Assembly: GCA_034520965.1 (NCBI GenBank) | Contig: JAXHMY010000001.1 | Span: 96,001 to 160,000 of the forward strand | Source of the DNA: Spirochaetia bacterium | Lineage (GTDB): Bacteria > Spirochaetota > Spirochaetia > DSM-16054 > Sediminispirochaetaceae | Reading direction: 5' to 3' | DNA: 64,000 bases | Shown: positions 52,256-62,974 of the stretch, in pieces | Layout: each line of letters starts with the position of its first letter | How positions within the stretch are numbered: the first letter of the stretch is position 1 | The notes under the pieces: model-generated | The model's input: the letters and a program-made list of their open reading frames with translations, nothing else | Databases searched by the model: none | What the model was told of the DNA's origin: nothing | Program-made: the position numbers and the translations under genes

Positions 52256-52585
52256 ATGAATAAAATGAAGGAACTTACCACCGGTGCTGCGGCAGACCTC
52301 CCGCAGCAGAGTGAAATGGTATGCATATATTTTTCGCAGCCCGATTGCGGTGTCTGCAGTGCGCTTCGTCCCCGGGTAGAGGCACTTCTAAATGAATATC
52401 CCGGCGTTGACGGCTGGTTTGTAGACCTGGAACAGCACCCCGAGGCGGCCGGCCATTACACCGTGTTTACCATTCCCGCGGTGATACTGTTTGTGCAGGG
52501 AAAAGAGACGGTTCGTTTCGCCCGCCACTTTAGTATCGATCAACTTGAAGAGAAAATATCCCGCTATTACGAGCTGCTACTGTAG
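52256..52585 (+). CDS. Thioredoxin-family protein
   Basis: CGVC active site; VFTIP. Confidence 0.85.
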   Translation: MNKMKELTTGAAADLPQQSEMVCIYFSQPDCGVCSALRPRVEALLNEYPGVDGWFVDLEQHPEAAGHYTVFTIPAVILFVQGKETVRFARHFSIDQLEEKISRYYELLL

Positions 52586-53411
52586 CTTTTTATAATACAC
52601 GTTCATACTCTCCAGCCCCTCGGAGATGAAGGTATTTCTGAAGAGGGTTCCGCTGTAGTGATATCCGGCCTTGAGAAAGGTGGCATTCATCCCCTTCGAA
52701 CGCATGCGGGCAATTGTGTAGGTGGTTTTTATTCCCTGTTCGGGACATGGCAGTGTCCATTTGTGAAAGCAGCAGCAAGCCCAAGCCTAAACCACGATAA
52801 TTCGATGAAACTGCAAAATCGGTCATTTCTGCATAGCTGTGCTCAAGATCCTTTTCAGCCGACGAAAGGGCAACCAGGTTCTCTCCCTCCCACACTCCAA
52901 AATACTCAACCTGTGCATCCATAGTAGAGCGGAGATAATCCGGCTCATGGATTGGAAAGGGGTACCGCTCGAAGACCTCGCTGTAAAGCACTGACATTTT
53001 GAAGGTATCCTCGGGCGTGCAGGCCCTCGTGTGCAGCGATTCAGGCAGGGAGTGGGGCGCCTCCGGACGAATCGACGTCATCATGCTGCACAGGGCTTCA
53101 AAATGCCCCGGTTCTACATCCCGCCGCGCAGGGTCGTAATAGCGGCCCAGAAACAGCCCGTCTAACACACCGTCGAAGAGTCCGGGCACCGAGGCCTCAA
53201 TATTCCAGCCGGCGGCTAAAAAGCAGACAGCCTTTACACTGGGAACTTTTGCAAAGGCCTTGCTGTAGCTGTTTTGCACACACAGTTCATGCAGATATTT
53301 CACGACCTCCACAGGATCCGCCTTCCCCAGGTTCATCAGATAAGTACGGTTGTTATTGGGACCGTGCTGGATCTCGGCCCCCTCGTACTCTTCTATCTTA
53401 TCCCACTCCAT
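52577..53411 (-). CDS. ablB: Beta-lysine N-acetyltransferase, frameshift near 52735
   Basis: [20 protein letters not shown] and AEMTDFA motifs; shifted frame ends ESMNVYYK; directly after the aminomutase. Confidence 0.88.
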
Positions 53412-54726
53412 TTGTCGTCTCTTCCCGACGCTCTATGCGCTCGTTATTCTCCGGTGTGAGCGAATAAGTCTCATCCCAATTGGACAGGAGCTTCCAAATT
53501 CCCACCGAGTTGTACTCATTCGCATCGTCAAATTTCAGCTGCAGATCGCATGCTTCACAGTTACCGTCACAGCCCGGATCATCATAGTTATGGGGTTCCT
53601 GATAAGTGGTAATAACTCCTTCAAAGTTACGCAGAATCACCTTATGGGGCGACCAGGACAGCAGGTAGTTCGGCATTACCGGAATTTTTCCCCCGCCCCC
53701 CGGTGCATCGATTACATAGGTGGGAACGGAAAAGCCGCTGGTGTGGCCAATCAAACTTTCCATAATTTCAATTCCCTTGCCCACGGGGGTGCGAAAGTGG
53801 CTTAATCCTTCCGACAAATCACACTGGTAAAGATAATACGGGCGCACACGGTTAAACACCAGCTTCTGTACCAGGCTCTTCATCAAACGGGGACAGTCAT
53901 TCACCCCTGCCAGCAGCACACTTTGGTTGCCTAAGGGAATACCGGCATCCGCCATTTTGCTCAAGGCCTTACGGGTACTGCTGGTAAGCTCACGGGGATG
54001 GTTAAAATGGGTATTCACCCAAACCGGGTGGTGTTTTCTTAACATTTCAACCAATTCGTCGGTAATACGGTAGGGTAGTACTACGGGCATACGAGAACCA
54101 ATTCGAATAACCTCTACATGCTCAATTTTTCTCAACTCGGTGAGTATCCAGTCCAGGTACTCATCACTCAGCATAAACGGGTCCCCCCCGGAGAGCAGTA
54201 CATCCCGGACTTTTGGGGTAGACCGAATGTAATCCAGCCCCTGCTGTACCTGATCTTTAGGTGGAATGTAATCATTATCACCAACTTTACGTTTGCGGGT
54301 ACAATGACGACAGTACATCGAGCATACATTGCTTACATGAAACAGAACTCTATCCGGGTATCGATGGGTAATCCCCGGCACAGGACTATCCTCATCTTCA
54401 GAGAGGGGATCGGCCTTCTCCCAATCCTGAACAATTAACTCACGGGGATCGGCAAAGGACTGAATAAAAATAGGGTCATTTTTGTAGTCCTTGGTTTCGA
54501 TCAAGCTGAGGTAATACGGAGTGATGCTTAGGGGAAACTTTTCAATTGTCTCCTCCAGTGCCTTACGCTCCTGTGGATTAAGAGTTATTCCGGTTAAGGT
54601 CTCAAATGTCGATATTTTTTTTATTGAATTTCGAAGCTGCCATTTCCAGTCCTGCCAATTGGTCAGGTTGGCATCCGAATCTATTTGCTTTGTGAGCTCA
54701 TTGTGGCGTGAACGATAATTTTCCAT
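53398..54726 (-). CDS. ablA: Lysine 2,3-aminomutase (radical SAM)
   Basis: [20 protein letters not shown] and DAPGGGGK motifs. Confidence 0.93.
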   Translation of the reverse strand: MENYRSRHNELTKQIDSDANLTNWQDWKWQLRNSIKKISTFETLTGITLNPQERKALEETIEKFPLSITPYYLSLIETKDYKNDPIFIQSFADPRELIVQDWEKADPLSEDEDSPVPGITHRYPDRVLFHVSNVCSMYCRHCTRKRKVGDNDYIPPKDQVQQGLDYIRSTPKVRDVLLSGGDPFMLSDEYLDWILTELRKIEHVEVIRIGSRMPVVLPYRITDELVEMLRKHHPVWVNTHFNHPRELTSSTRKALSKMADAGIPLGNQSVLLAGVNDCPRLMKSLVQKLVFNRVRPYYLYQCDLSEGLSHFRTPVGKGIEIMESLIGHTSGFSVPTYVIDAPGGGGKIPVMPNYLLSWSPHKVILRNFEGVITTYQEPHNYDDPGCDGNCEACDLQLKFDDANEYNSVGIWKLLSNWDETYSLTPENNERIERREETTNGVG

Positions 54727-54991
54727 AATTCCTATCCTTTTACGTGCTTCGCTTATCATACACGAAGATATATATAGATGTCAATTAGTTAGAATTGTAA
54801 TGATTTATACTGTTAAAATTACAATTTATTGTCCTTATACTGACTTTATTTACTACTATTATTAGAGTTAACTTATACTTATATTATTTTCATCAGTAAA
54901 ATATATGTATTTAATTTACTCTTTTCTAAGCTGAGGTAAGCGACTATACTTATAAATCGATTCAATATCGGCAACAGTAGAGAGAGTAGGA

Positions 54992-55753
54992 ATGATGGTG
55001 GATACCCAAGACGATGCCCAAGAACGCTATACCCGACAGCTTAAAATTCCACAATGGGGAGAGGCGGCACAACACAAACTGCAGTCTGCTCATATAACCG
55101 TTGTAGGTACAGGCGGCTTGGGATCGCCGGTGCTGTACTATCTGGCAGCGGCGGGTGTGGGGAAACTGCGGCTCATTGACGGCGACAAGGTCGATATCTC
55201 AAACCTAAACCGCCAGATACTGTTTGCCGAAGGGGATATTGGAGCATACAAAGCACAAAGAGCAGCCGAAAAAATAGCCGCCCTTAATTCAGATATTGAC
55301 ATCGAGTACCTAGCAGATACCCTTACCGCTGAAAACATTGATACTTTGATCCCGGATAGCGATGTGATTGTGGATTGCCTTGATAACTTCAGCAGCCGGT
55401 TTATGTTGAACAAGTATGCGGTATCCCGCACAATTCCCTTGGTGCATGCGGGTATCCATAGTTTCAGCGGCCAGCTCACCACCATTATCCCCGGAAAAAC
55501 CCCCTGCCTCGAATGCCTGTTCGCAGGCATGACAGATCCCACCCTGGAATCGGGGGTTCGAGTTCCCAGCCCCGTACTGGGGGCGGTTGTTGGGGTTATC
55601 GGCAGCCTGCAGGCGCTGGAGGCGATAAAAATTGCAGGCCAAGTTGGGTCTACCTACACGAAGCGTCTATTGATCTACGATGGGTTAAGCGGAAATTTCA
55701 ATGAAATCGAAGTAGCTAGGGACGTGAATTGCCCCGTGTGCAAGGCGCTTTGA
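54992..55753 (+). CDS. ThiF/MoeB-family adenylyltransferase
   Basis: RYTRQ, GTGGLG, SNLNRQ and two CxxC motifs. Confidence 0.9.
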   Translation: MMVDTQDDAQERYTRQLKIPQWGEAAQHKLQSAHITVVGTGGLGSPVLYYLAAAGVGKLRLIDGDKVDISNLNRQILFAEGDIGAYKAQRAAEKIAALNSDIDIEYLADTLTAENIDTLIPDSDVIVDCLDNFSSRFMLNKYAVSRTIPLVHAGIHSFSGQLTTIIPGKTPCLECLFAGMTDPTLESGVRVPSPVLGAVVGVIGSLQALEAIKIAGQVGSTYTKRLLIYDGLSGNFNEIEVARDVNCPVCKAL

Positions 55754-55768
55754 GTATATAAACGCTCC

Positions 55769-56359
55769 CTATTCGGCAGCACTTACCGCAGCGAGCTCCG
55801 GAGTAACCCAGTTATGCCACTCTACCTGCCAGCTTCCATCGTGAGTGAGCAAATTCATACAGGCATTCTTTAAAGGGGGATTTCCGGGAACTATTTCTCC
55901 CTTACTTATCAAAGAGAGCAGCCCGCCGATTAAACCTCCATGGGATACAACTAATAAGCGGCTAGCGGGGTGTCTCAGCGAAAGCTCCTCTACTACTTCC
56001 AGAGCCCGGGCCTGCACAGCCTCCCAGGTTTCCGCCCCCGGGATGGGGCGGCTATTGTAGTACTGCTTACGCAGGGCTACATGCATGCCTTCGGCCTGAC
56101 CGAAATGTCTTTCCTGCAGCCGCGGGTCGGTAAAAATATGAGAAATGCCGATTTTTTCAGCAATAGTCACAGCAGTTTCATAAGCCCGGCTTAAGGGGCT
56201 GGCATATAGGTAATCCCAATTACTATCCGCCAAATATGCCCCCGCTGCCCCGGCTTGTAAATATCCCCGCTCGTTCAGGGGTATATCTGTAGATCCTTGC
56301 ACGAAACCGCGGTTGTTCCAGTCGGTCTCTCCATGTCGAACTAAGCATATGTGTGTCAT
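55769..56359 (-). CDS. Histidine phosphatase family protein
   Basis: RHGETDWN and VSHG motifs. Confidence 0.92.
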   Translation of the reverse strand: MTHICLVRHGETDWNNRGFVQGSTDIPLNERGYLQAGAAGAYLADSNWDYLYASPLSRAYETAVTIAEKIGISHIFTDPRLQERHFGQAEGMHVALRKQYYNSRPIPGAETWEAVQARALEVVEELSLRHPASRLLVVSHGGLIGGLLSLISKGEIVPGNPPLKNACMNLLTHDGSWQVEWHNWVTPELAAVSAAE

Positions 56360-56411
56360 TACATACTAATGTACACAAATCTTAGCCCGACTACAAGTGA
56401 ATGCTATACTT

Positions 56412-57602
56412 TCATTCTTGGATACTGTCGGCCATTTTTCTGGCCAGTTCATCCAGCATGGTGTAATGCTCTTCCGAGGGGGTTAGTTTTACTTCTATCG
56501 GATCGGCTACCATCGGCCACTTATGTTTCTCCACATATTCCATGATAGTTTTTACACCACCGCCGGACCAGCCATAGGTGCCGAACACTCCAAAGACCCT
56601 GTTTTTAATTCCCTTATGGGAGAGGTTCTTAATCAAAGACTCCATCGGCGGAAAAAGACCCACATTGTAGGTAGCACTGCCGAACATCACCCCTTTGTAC
56701 TTCCATATCTCATTAATAATGTAGGAGTCGTGGGTCGTAGAGCTGCTGAGCATGCGTACATTCTTCACACCGTATTCTGCCAGTTTACGGGCCACATAAT
56801 CGGCCATTTTCTCAGTGTTTCCGTACATCGAACCGAACACGATTACAACCCCCGGCTCAGCTTCGTATCGGCTCCAGCGATCATAACTGTTAATAATCCG
56901 CTGGGGATTACTGCGCCAGACAGGACCATGGGTCGAAGCAACAACCCCTATATCCAGCCCTTCCAGTTTTTTTAGCGCCTTCTGCACCATCGGGCCGAAC
57001 TTGCCGACTATGTTGGAATAATAGCGGCGGATTTCATTTTCGTAATACTCAATATTTACCTCGTCATCGAATACTCCACCGTCCAAAGAACCAAAACCGC
57101 CAAAGGCATCGCCGGAAAAGAGAATTTTATCGTTTTGATCGTAGGTCATCATTGTTTCCGGCCAGTGAACCATGGGGGTCAGGTAAAAGGTAAGGGAATG
57201 CTTTCCAAGGTTCAGCTCATCCCCGTCTTTTACCTCATACAGGTTATCCTCGATTCCGTAAAACCCCTTTAAGAAGTCGAAGGTTTTACTGTTGCCGACA
57301 ATCTTCACATCAGGATAATTCTGAATTATTTCCTGAATAGCTCCGGAGTGGTCCGGCTCCATGTGGTTAATAACCAGATAATCTATAGTTCCCCCGTCCA
57401 AAAGCCCCCGGAGCTTCTGCAGGAAGAGGGCTATTTTCGATACCTTCACGGTATCGACCAACACGTTTTTCTCATCTTTGATTACATAGGAATTGTAGGT
57501 TACTCCCTTAGGCAGGGGCCACATATTCTCAAAGAGTTGAGTTTCGCGGTCATTCACACCGACATAGTACACATCATCTGTAATAGGTATAAATCCATTC
57601 AA
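56412..57602 (-). CDS. fprA: Flavodiiron protein (A-type flavoprotein)
   Basis: NHMEPDHSG, HWPE and SMYGNT motifs. Confidence 0.93.
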   Translation of the reverse strand: MNGFIPITDDVYYVGVNDRETQLFENMWPLPKGVTYNSYVIKDEKNVLVDTVKVSKIALFLQKLRGLLDGGTIDYLVINHMEPDHSGAIQEIIQNYPDVKIVGNSKTFDFLKGFYGIEDNLYEVKDGDELNLGKHSLTFYLTPMVHWPETMMTYDQNDKILFSGDAFGGFGSLDGGVFDDEVNIEYYENEIRRYYSNIVGKFGPMVQKALKKLEGLDIGVVASTHGPVWRSNPQRIINSYDRWSRYEAEPGVVIVFGSMYGNTEKMADYVARKLAEYGVKNVRMLSSSTTHDSYIINEIWKYKGVMFGSATYNVGLFPPMESLIKNLSHKGIKNRVFGVFGTYGWSGGGVKTIMEYVEKHKWPMVADPIEVKLTPSEEHYTMLDELARKMADSIQE

Positions 57603-57647
57603 TTCAATTTCCTCCTTACTTCATACATCATATTGCATAAATCACCA

Positions 57648-58733
57648 TTACAACCACTTTTTATATTTGAAAAAAAACAGCATCACCACCGCTACAATCC
57701 CCATCACCCCTAATACAGCCGGGTAAGCCCACGGAAAGGCTAATTCGGGCATATGCTCGAAGTTCATCCCGTAGACACCGGCAATAAAGGTAAGGGGGAT
57801 AAATATGGTAGCAATGATAGTCAGAACTTTCATCACACTATTCATATCGTTACTTAGCTCGGTCTGGTAGGAGTCGGCTAAAGCAGAACTGGTTTCCTTC
57901 ATCAGCTCAAGGGTGTCGATTATGTGCAGCACATGGTCATAAAGATCCTTTAAAGTATATCCGGGTGGAGGCTTCTATCAACTGAAACTCCTGCTTCTGA
58001 ACCTGGTTCATAACCTCACGCAGAGGCCATACCGCCCGCCGAATTAAAATAAGTTTTTTACGTACAGCCTGCAGATTTTCGATAGCCCTATGGCCTTCCC
58101 TATCTACTATCGCTTCCTCTATATCCTCCAGCTGAAGTTCCAGCTGCTCCATTATTAAAAAATAGTTATCTATAACCAGATCAAGCAGACCATAAGCCAG
58201 ATAGTCGGCCCCCTGACGCCGCACTCGCCCCTTACCTTCGCGGATGCGGGTACGAACCGGATGAAACACATCTCCAGGCTGCTCTTGAAAGGAGATTACA
58301 AAATGCGAACCGACTAGTACACTCAGCTGTTCACTGATAATCGCATCTTCTTCAACACTCCAGCGCATCATTTTGAGCGTAAAAAAGAGAAAGGAACCGT
58401 AATCTTCGATTTTTGGTCGCTGCTCGGTGTTCTGAATATCTTCCAGCACCACCGGATGCACCTTAAACTTTTCGCCAATTTTCTGCAGCAGCTGTTTATC
58501 ATCTACCCCACAATATTCAGCCACGTAACTGTAGACTTATCTTCAAACTCCTGAAACTCCGGTATTCCATAGCCCTGCCGCTCCTGATACTCGGCAGCAT
58601 TAAAATGAAACACCTCGTACTGTGGTTCAGCATGGGTCTCTGAATCAAAGAGGCTGCCCGGAGGTAATCCGACTTTGTGCCTATAGCTGCGGCGCTTTCT
58701 TTTTAATAGCGGTTTTTTTAGGGATAACGACAT
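57648..58733 (-). CDS. corA: Mg/Co transporter CorA, two frameshifts
   Basis: GLPPGSL, QRPKIED and YGMNFEHMPEL motifs across three ORFs. Confidence 0.92.
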
Positions 58734-58812
58734 ACAGCACTGTTCCTCTTCTTGCTCTTGGTAATTCCCCCGGATAGTATAAGAATACACTATACTTGGA
58801 ATCGGGGTCAAA

Positions 58813-59904
58813 TCAACAATTACGGTTCCTGAGCTTTTCCAGCGCCCAGGCCGCATGTTCGGCTATCATTGGATTCGAATGTCGACTTAACTCCTGCAGT
58901 TCCGTAAGCAGCTGTGCTGCGCCGGTATTGGCGGCAACTATAGCTGCGTTTCGCAGCAGCTGCTCTAACCCAAGACGCATCAGCGGAGATCCGGCATACA
59001 GCTCAACCATCTCCTCTCGCCGGCGTATCCGAAGCACCGCCGATAGTTCCAGAGCCTCACCGGTAATATCCTGTAAAAAATCTGTTTCTTTCGTCTCGGC
59101 CGCTTGGCGATTCAGGGGGCATACATCCTGACATATATCGCATCCAAACAGCCAATCTCCGATCAACGGCCGCAGTTCAACAGGAATTCTTCCATGATGC
59201 TCTATTGTAAGGTAACTAATACAGCGCCGGGCATCGAACCGGCCGTCAGTCCGCAATGCTCCGGTGGGGCACTTCCTTCTACAATTAGTGCAGTCTGTTG
59301 GACAGATTGATCCGGGGCCATTCAGCTGCGGCTCTGATGGGCGGTTTTCCGGGTCGGGCATACGTGCCGGCTCAATGACAAGGGTAGTAAGAATTTCTCC
59401 CAGAAATACCCAGCTGCCGTAGTGAGGATGAATCAACAAGCCGTTCCGGCCCTGTCTCCCAAGCCCCGCCCGTTCGGCATAGTAGCGTTCATCCAACGGG
59501 CCTGAATCAACAAAAGCTCGGAAATTTTCACCCGGAAATTGTTCTGCAAGTTCGCGACACACGGCGGTAAGACGCTTTTTCAGCACCTTATGGTAGTCCC
59601 GGCCCCAGGCATACCTCGCTATACGGCCCTGCCCTGGGGTAAGCTTTTCCTGCCTCCGGGATCGATAATAGGGCAGCACTACCTGAATCAAACTCCTTGC
59701 TTCCGGCAGAAGGCCCTGGGGCTGATATTTCAGGTAGGTATGCCGCTTTAAATACTCCATCTCCCCGTGAAAACCGGCCTGTATCCAGCTCTCATAGTCG
59801 GATTGAAGCCGGGGCGAGACTTGCGGCAGTGGAATTATTCGTACATGCTCAAGATTATGTCGACCGAGGGTAGTGTGCAGTTGAATCTCAGGGACACACT
59901 TCAT
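58813..59904 (-). CDS. queG: Epoxyqueuosine reductase
   Basis: RYAWGRDYH, CISYLTIE and GCDICQDVCP motifs. Confidence 0.92.
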   Translation of the reverse strand: MKCVPEIQLHTTLGRHNLEHVRIIPLPQVSPRLQSDYESWIQAGFHGEMEYLKRHTYLKYQPQGLLPEARSLIQVVLPYYRSRRQEKLTPGQGRIARYAWGRDYHKVLKKRLTAVCRELAEQFPGENFRAFVDSGPLDERYYAERAGLGRQGRNGLLIHPHYGSWVFLGEILTTLVIEPARMPDPENRPSEPQLNGPGSICPTDCTNCRRKCPTGALRTDGRFDARRCISYLTIEHHGRIPVELRPLIGDWLFGCDICQDVCPLNRQAAETKETDFLQDITGEALELSAVLRIRRREEMVELYAGSPLMRLGLEQLLRNAAIVAANTGAAQLLTELQELSRHSNPMIAEHAAWALEKLRNRNC

Positions 59905-59906
59905 AA

Positions 59907-60515
59907 TTACAAATCATTTTTCATTACTCTGGTTTCATTACTCAGGAACCGCGCAACCGCCGCATCATATTCCGACATCATCTTAAAAACCTTTGCCGCT
60001 AAAAAGCGGCGACTGTGGATGGAAATGTCGCCTTGCCGGGAAAATTCACTCCGGATCCATGAATAATCGGCGGGATCACACACTACCACTACATCGTGAA
60101 AGTTTTTAGCTGCAGCCCTGATCATAGTGGGTCCGCCAATGTCGATAAACTCCAGCAGCTCTTGCTCGTCTTGAATTTCTTTTACTTTCTGCTGAAAGGG
60201 ATACAAGTTCACCACTACCCAATCTACGGCAGTAATTGAGAATTCCTGTAGGGTACGCATATCTTCACGAACGCTGCGCCGGGCGAGGATTCCCGCGTGC
60301 ACCACTGGGTGCAGCGTCTTTACCCGTCCGTCTAACACCTCTGGAAAACCGGTAACCTCGCCTATCGGGGTCACCGCAAGGCCGACCTCACTTAAAAACC
60401 GTGCAGTCCCACCCGAGGATATCAATTCAAGCTTCTGTTTCGCCAAAAACGATGCCAGCCCGTCCAATGCGGTCTTGTCATACACACTTATCAGTGCCCG
60501 TGCCATGCTTTTCAT
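59907..60515 (-). CDS. purH: Standalone IMP cyclohydrolase (PurH N-terminal domain)
   Basis: ALISVYDK, GRVKTLHP and IDIGGPTMIRAAAKN motifs; 202 aa only. Confidence 0.85.
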   Translation of the reverse strand: MKSMARALISVYDKTALDGLASFLAKQKLELISSGGTARFLSEVGLAVTPIGEVTGFPEVLDGRVKTLHPVVHAGILARRSVREDMRTLQEFSITAVDWVVVNLYPFQQKVKEIQDEQELLEFIDIGGPTMIRAAAKNFHDVVVVCDPADYSWIRSEFSRQGDISIHSRRFLAAKVFKMMSEYDAAVARFLSNETRVMKNDL

Positions 60516-60725
60516 AACTCTACTTTACGACCTAAGAGTTCCGAGGTCAAGCGAGGAGCACTGGAAGAAGAAATGAAAGCAGTACTTGGAACAAGTGGGC
60601 CATAGAATTGGGCTAAAATAAAGATTTAACCAGTTTTTGTTCATTATATCAAATTTTATTTTCACATATTCAAAATCTAATGGTATAATTACACATAAAA
60701 CTTTACAGCATCCAAGGAGGAGACT

Positions 60726-62348
60726 TTGGACAATAATACTCTCTTACTATTAGGAGATGAAGCTGTCGCCCAGGGAGCTTTAGACGCAGGGGTTTCAGGA
60801 TTTTACGCCTATCCAGGAACCCCCTCAACTGAAATTATGGAATACGTACAGCACTCCACGCAGGCCGCAGAAAAAAACATTCATCGCACTTGGTCGGCCA
60901 ATGAAAAGACCGCCTTAGAAGCCGCACTGGGTATGAGTTATACCGGAAAGCGTACCATGGCTATGATGAAGCACGTCGGGCTAAATGTGGCGGCCGACCC
61001 CTTCATCAATTCCGGGATAACCGGTGCAAATGGAGGCATCATTGTAACTGTTGCAGATGATCCCAGTATGCACAGCTCACAGGATGAACAAGACAGCCGG
61101 GTGCTCGCAAATTTCGCAATGGTACCGATTTTAGAACCCAGTAACCAGCAAGAAGCATATCAGATGTGTTTTACCGCTTTTGAGCTTTCCGAAAAGTTTC
61201 AAACCCCGGTAATGCTGCGTTTAACAACCCGTATTGCCCACAGCCGCTCGGGTGTAAAGCGGGGAGCCCCATTGGACGAAAACCAACTTGCCATGCCGGC
61301 GGACAAGCGACAGTTTGTGCTGCTGCCTGCAATAGCCCGGGGGCGCTATAAACTTTTGCTGGAAAAGCAGCCGTCCCTGGAGGATGAAGCAAATAATTCC
61401 GCCTACAACCACTACTATGAAGGAAGCGATACACGCATGGGCATTATCGCCAGCGGAATTGCGTATAACTACGTAATGGAAAACTTCCAGGATCAGCCCT
61501 GCCCCTACCCCCTTCTGAAACTCTCTCAGTATCCGATTCCGCGAAAGTACATTGAACGTATGGTCAATGAATGCGACGAAGTACTGGTAATCGAAGAGGG
61601 GATGCCGGTGGTAGAGGAAAAACTGCGGGGACTGCTGGACCGGGGCCCGACGGTAGTAAAGGGGCGGATGACCGGAGAGCTTCCCCGGGACGGCGAACTG
61701 AATCCGAGACTGGTGCGAAAAGCCCTGGGGCTCGAAGCCAATCCATCAACAGGTGCCCCGGAGGTAATTGCACCTCGTCCGCCGGCGCTTTGCCCAGGCT
61801 GCAGCCACATCGACGCCTACCACGCAATTAACGAGGCGATTAAAGCCGAATACGGTGACGGCCATGTATTTGCCGACATCGGCTGCTATACCCTCGGAGC
61901 GCTGCCCCCGTTTGAAGCAATTAACAGCTGTGTGGATATGGGAGCCTCCATTACCATGGCCAAGGGTGCCGCCGATGCCGGACTTTATCCGAGTGCAGCG
62001 GTAATCGGCGACTCAACCTTTACCCACAGCGGCATGACCGGATTACTCGATGCGGTCATTGAAAACTCCAACTTAGTAGTTTTTATTCTGGACAACTCCA
62101 CTACCGCTATGACCGGCGGCCAAAATAGTCACGCCAACGGCCGGCTGCGACAGATCTGCACGGGCTTAGGTGTAGATCCAGAGCATATCCGCAGCATTAT
62201 GCCCAAACGCAACACCCACGACCAGTTTGTGCAGATTATTAAGGAGGAGCTATCCTACGAGGGAGTATCGGTTATCATCCCGCAACGCGAGTGTGTGCAA
62301 ACCCAGCTGCGCCGAGCTAAACAGAAGCAACAAGGAGGCAAGCAATGA
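60726..62348 (+). CDS. iorA: Indolepyruvate:ferredoxin oxidoreductase alpha subunit
   Basis: YPGTPSTE, KHVGLNVAAD, LCPGC and GDSTFTHSG motifs. Confidence 0.93.
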   Translation: MDNNTLLLLGDEAVAQGALDAGVSGFYAYPGTPSTEIMEYVQHSTQAAEKNIHRTWSANEKTALEAALGMSYTGKRTMAMMKHVGLNVAADPFINSGITGANGGIIVTVADDPSMHSSQDEQDSRVLANFAMVPILEPSNQQEAYQMCFTAFELSEKFQTPVMLRLTTRIAHSRSGVKRGAPLDENQLAMPADKRQFVLLPAIARGRYKLLLEKQPSLEDEANNSAYNHYYEGSDTRMGIIASGIAYNYVMENFQDQPCPYPLLKLSQYPIPRKYIERMVNECDEVLVIEEGMPVVEEKLRGLLDRGPTVVKGRMTGELPRDGELNPRLVRKALGLEANPSTGAPEVIAPRPPALCPGCSHIDAYHAINEAIKAEYGDGHVFADIGCYTLGALPPFEAINSCVDMGASITMAKGAADAGLYPSAAVIGDSTFTHSGMTGLLDAVIENSNLVVFILDNSTTAMTGGQNSHANGRLRQICTGLGVDPEHIRSIMPKRNTHDQFVQIIKEELSYEGVSVIIPQRECVQTQLRRAKQKQQGGKQ

Positions 62349-62932
62349 AACTCGATATTATCTTAGCAGGGGTCGGCGGACAGGGAATTCTCTCAATCGC
62401 AACCGTTATCGGGTATGCGGCTGTACAATCCGGTTTAGACCTCAAACAGGCCGAAACCCACGGCATGAGCCAACGCGGAGGGGACGTACAGTCGCACCTG
62501 CGAATTTCCGACCACACAATTTACAGCGATCTAGTACCCGAAGGGGCAGCCGATATTATTCTGTCGGTTGAACCAATGGAGAGCCTGCGCTATATCCCGT
62601 ACCTCTCGCCGCAGGGGTGGCTGGTGACTAACACCACCCCCTTTAAGAACATACCTAACTATCCCGATTTGGACAAAATCCTCAAAGAGGTCGACAAGGT
62701 TCCCCACCACGTGGCGATAGATGCCGACGGGATGGCCAAGGACCTAAAAAACAGTCGCGGGATGAATATGGTAATGACAGGGGCGGCGTCCCTGTTTATG
62801 GACATAGATTTTGAGAAACTTAAAGAGGGCATTCGTTACAGTTTCGGGCGCAAGGGACAGGACATTGTCGACCTCAACATCGCCACTCTCGAAGCAGGTC
62901 GCAAGTTTGCCGAAGAAAATCGCTCATTATAA
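62345..62932 (+). CDS. iorB: Indolepyruvate oxidoreductase beta subunit
   Basis: GVGGQG and HGMSQRGG motifs. Confidence 0.93.
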   Translation: MKLDIILAGVGGQGILSIATVIGYAAVQSGLDLKQAETHGMSQRGGDVQSHLRISDHTIYSDLVPEGAADIILSVEPMESLRYIPYLSPQGWLVTNTTPFKNIPNYPDLDKILKEVDKVPHHVAIDADGMAKDLKNSRGMNMVMTGAASLFMDIDFEKLKEGIRYSFGRKGQDIVDLNIATLEAGRKFAEENRSL

Positions 62933-62974
62933 AAGGAATCATAACAGGAATTCTAACCATTACTGGGGGAAGCA

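Noticed and set aside
1..58733. Many frameshifts (thrC, katA, corA, cstA, arsA-like, sua5, ablB, permease, kinase and others) as pseudogenisation or programmed frameshifting
   Set aside because: Single-base indels, mostly in homopolymers, hit unrelated housekeeping genes with otherwise intact motifs; typical of long-read consensus error.
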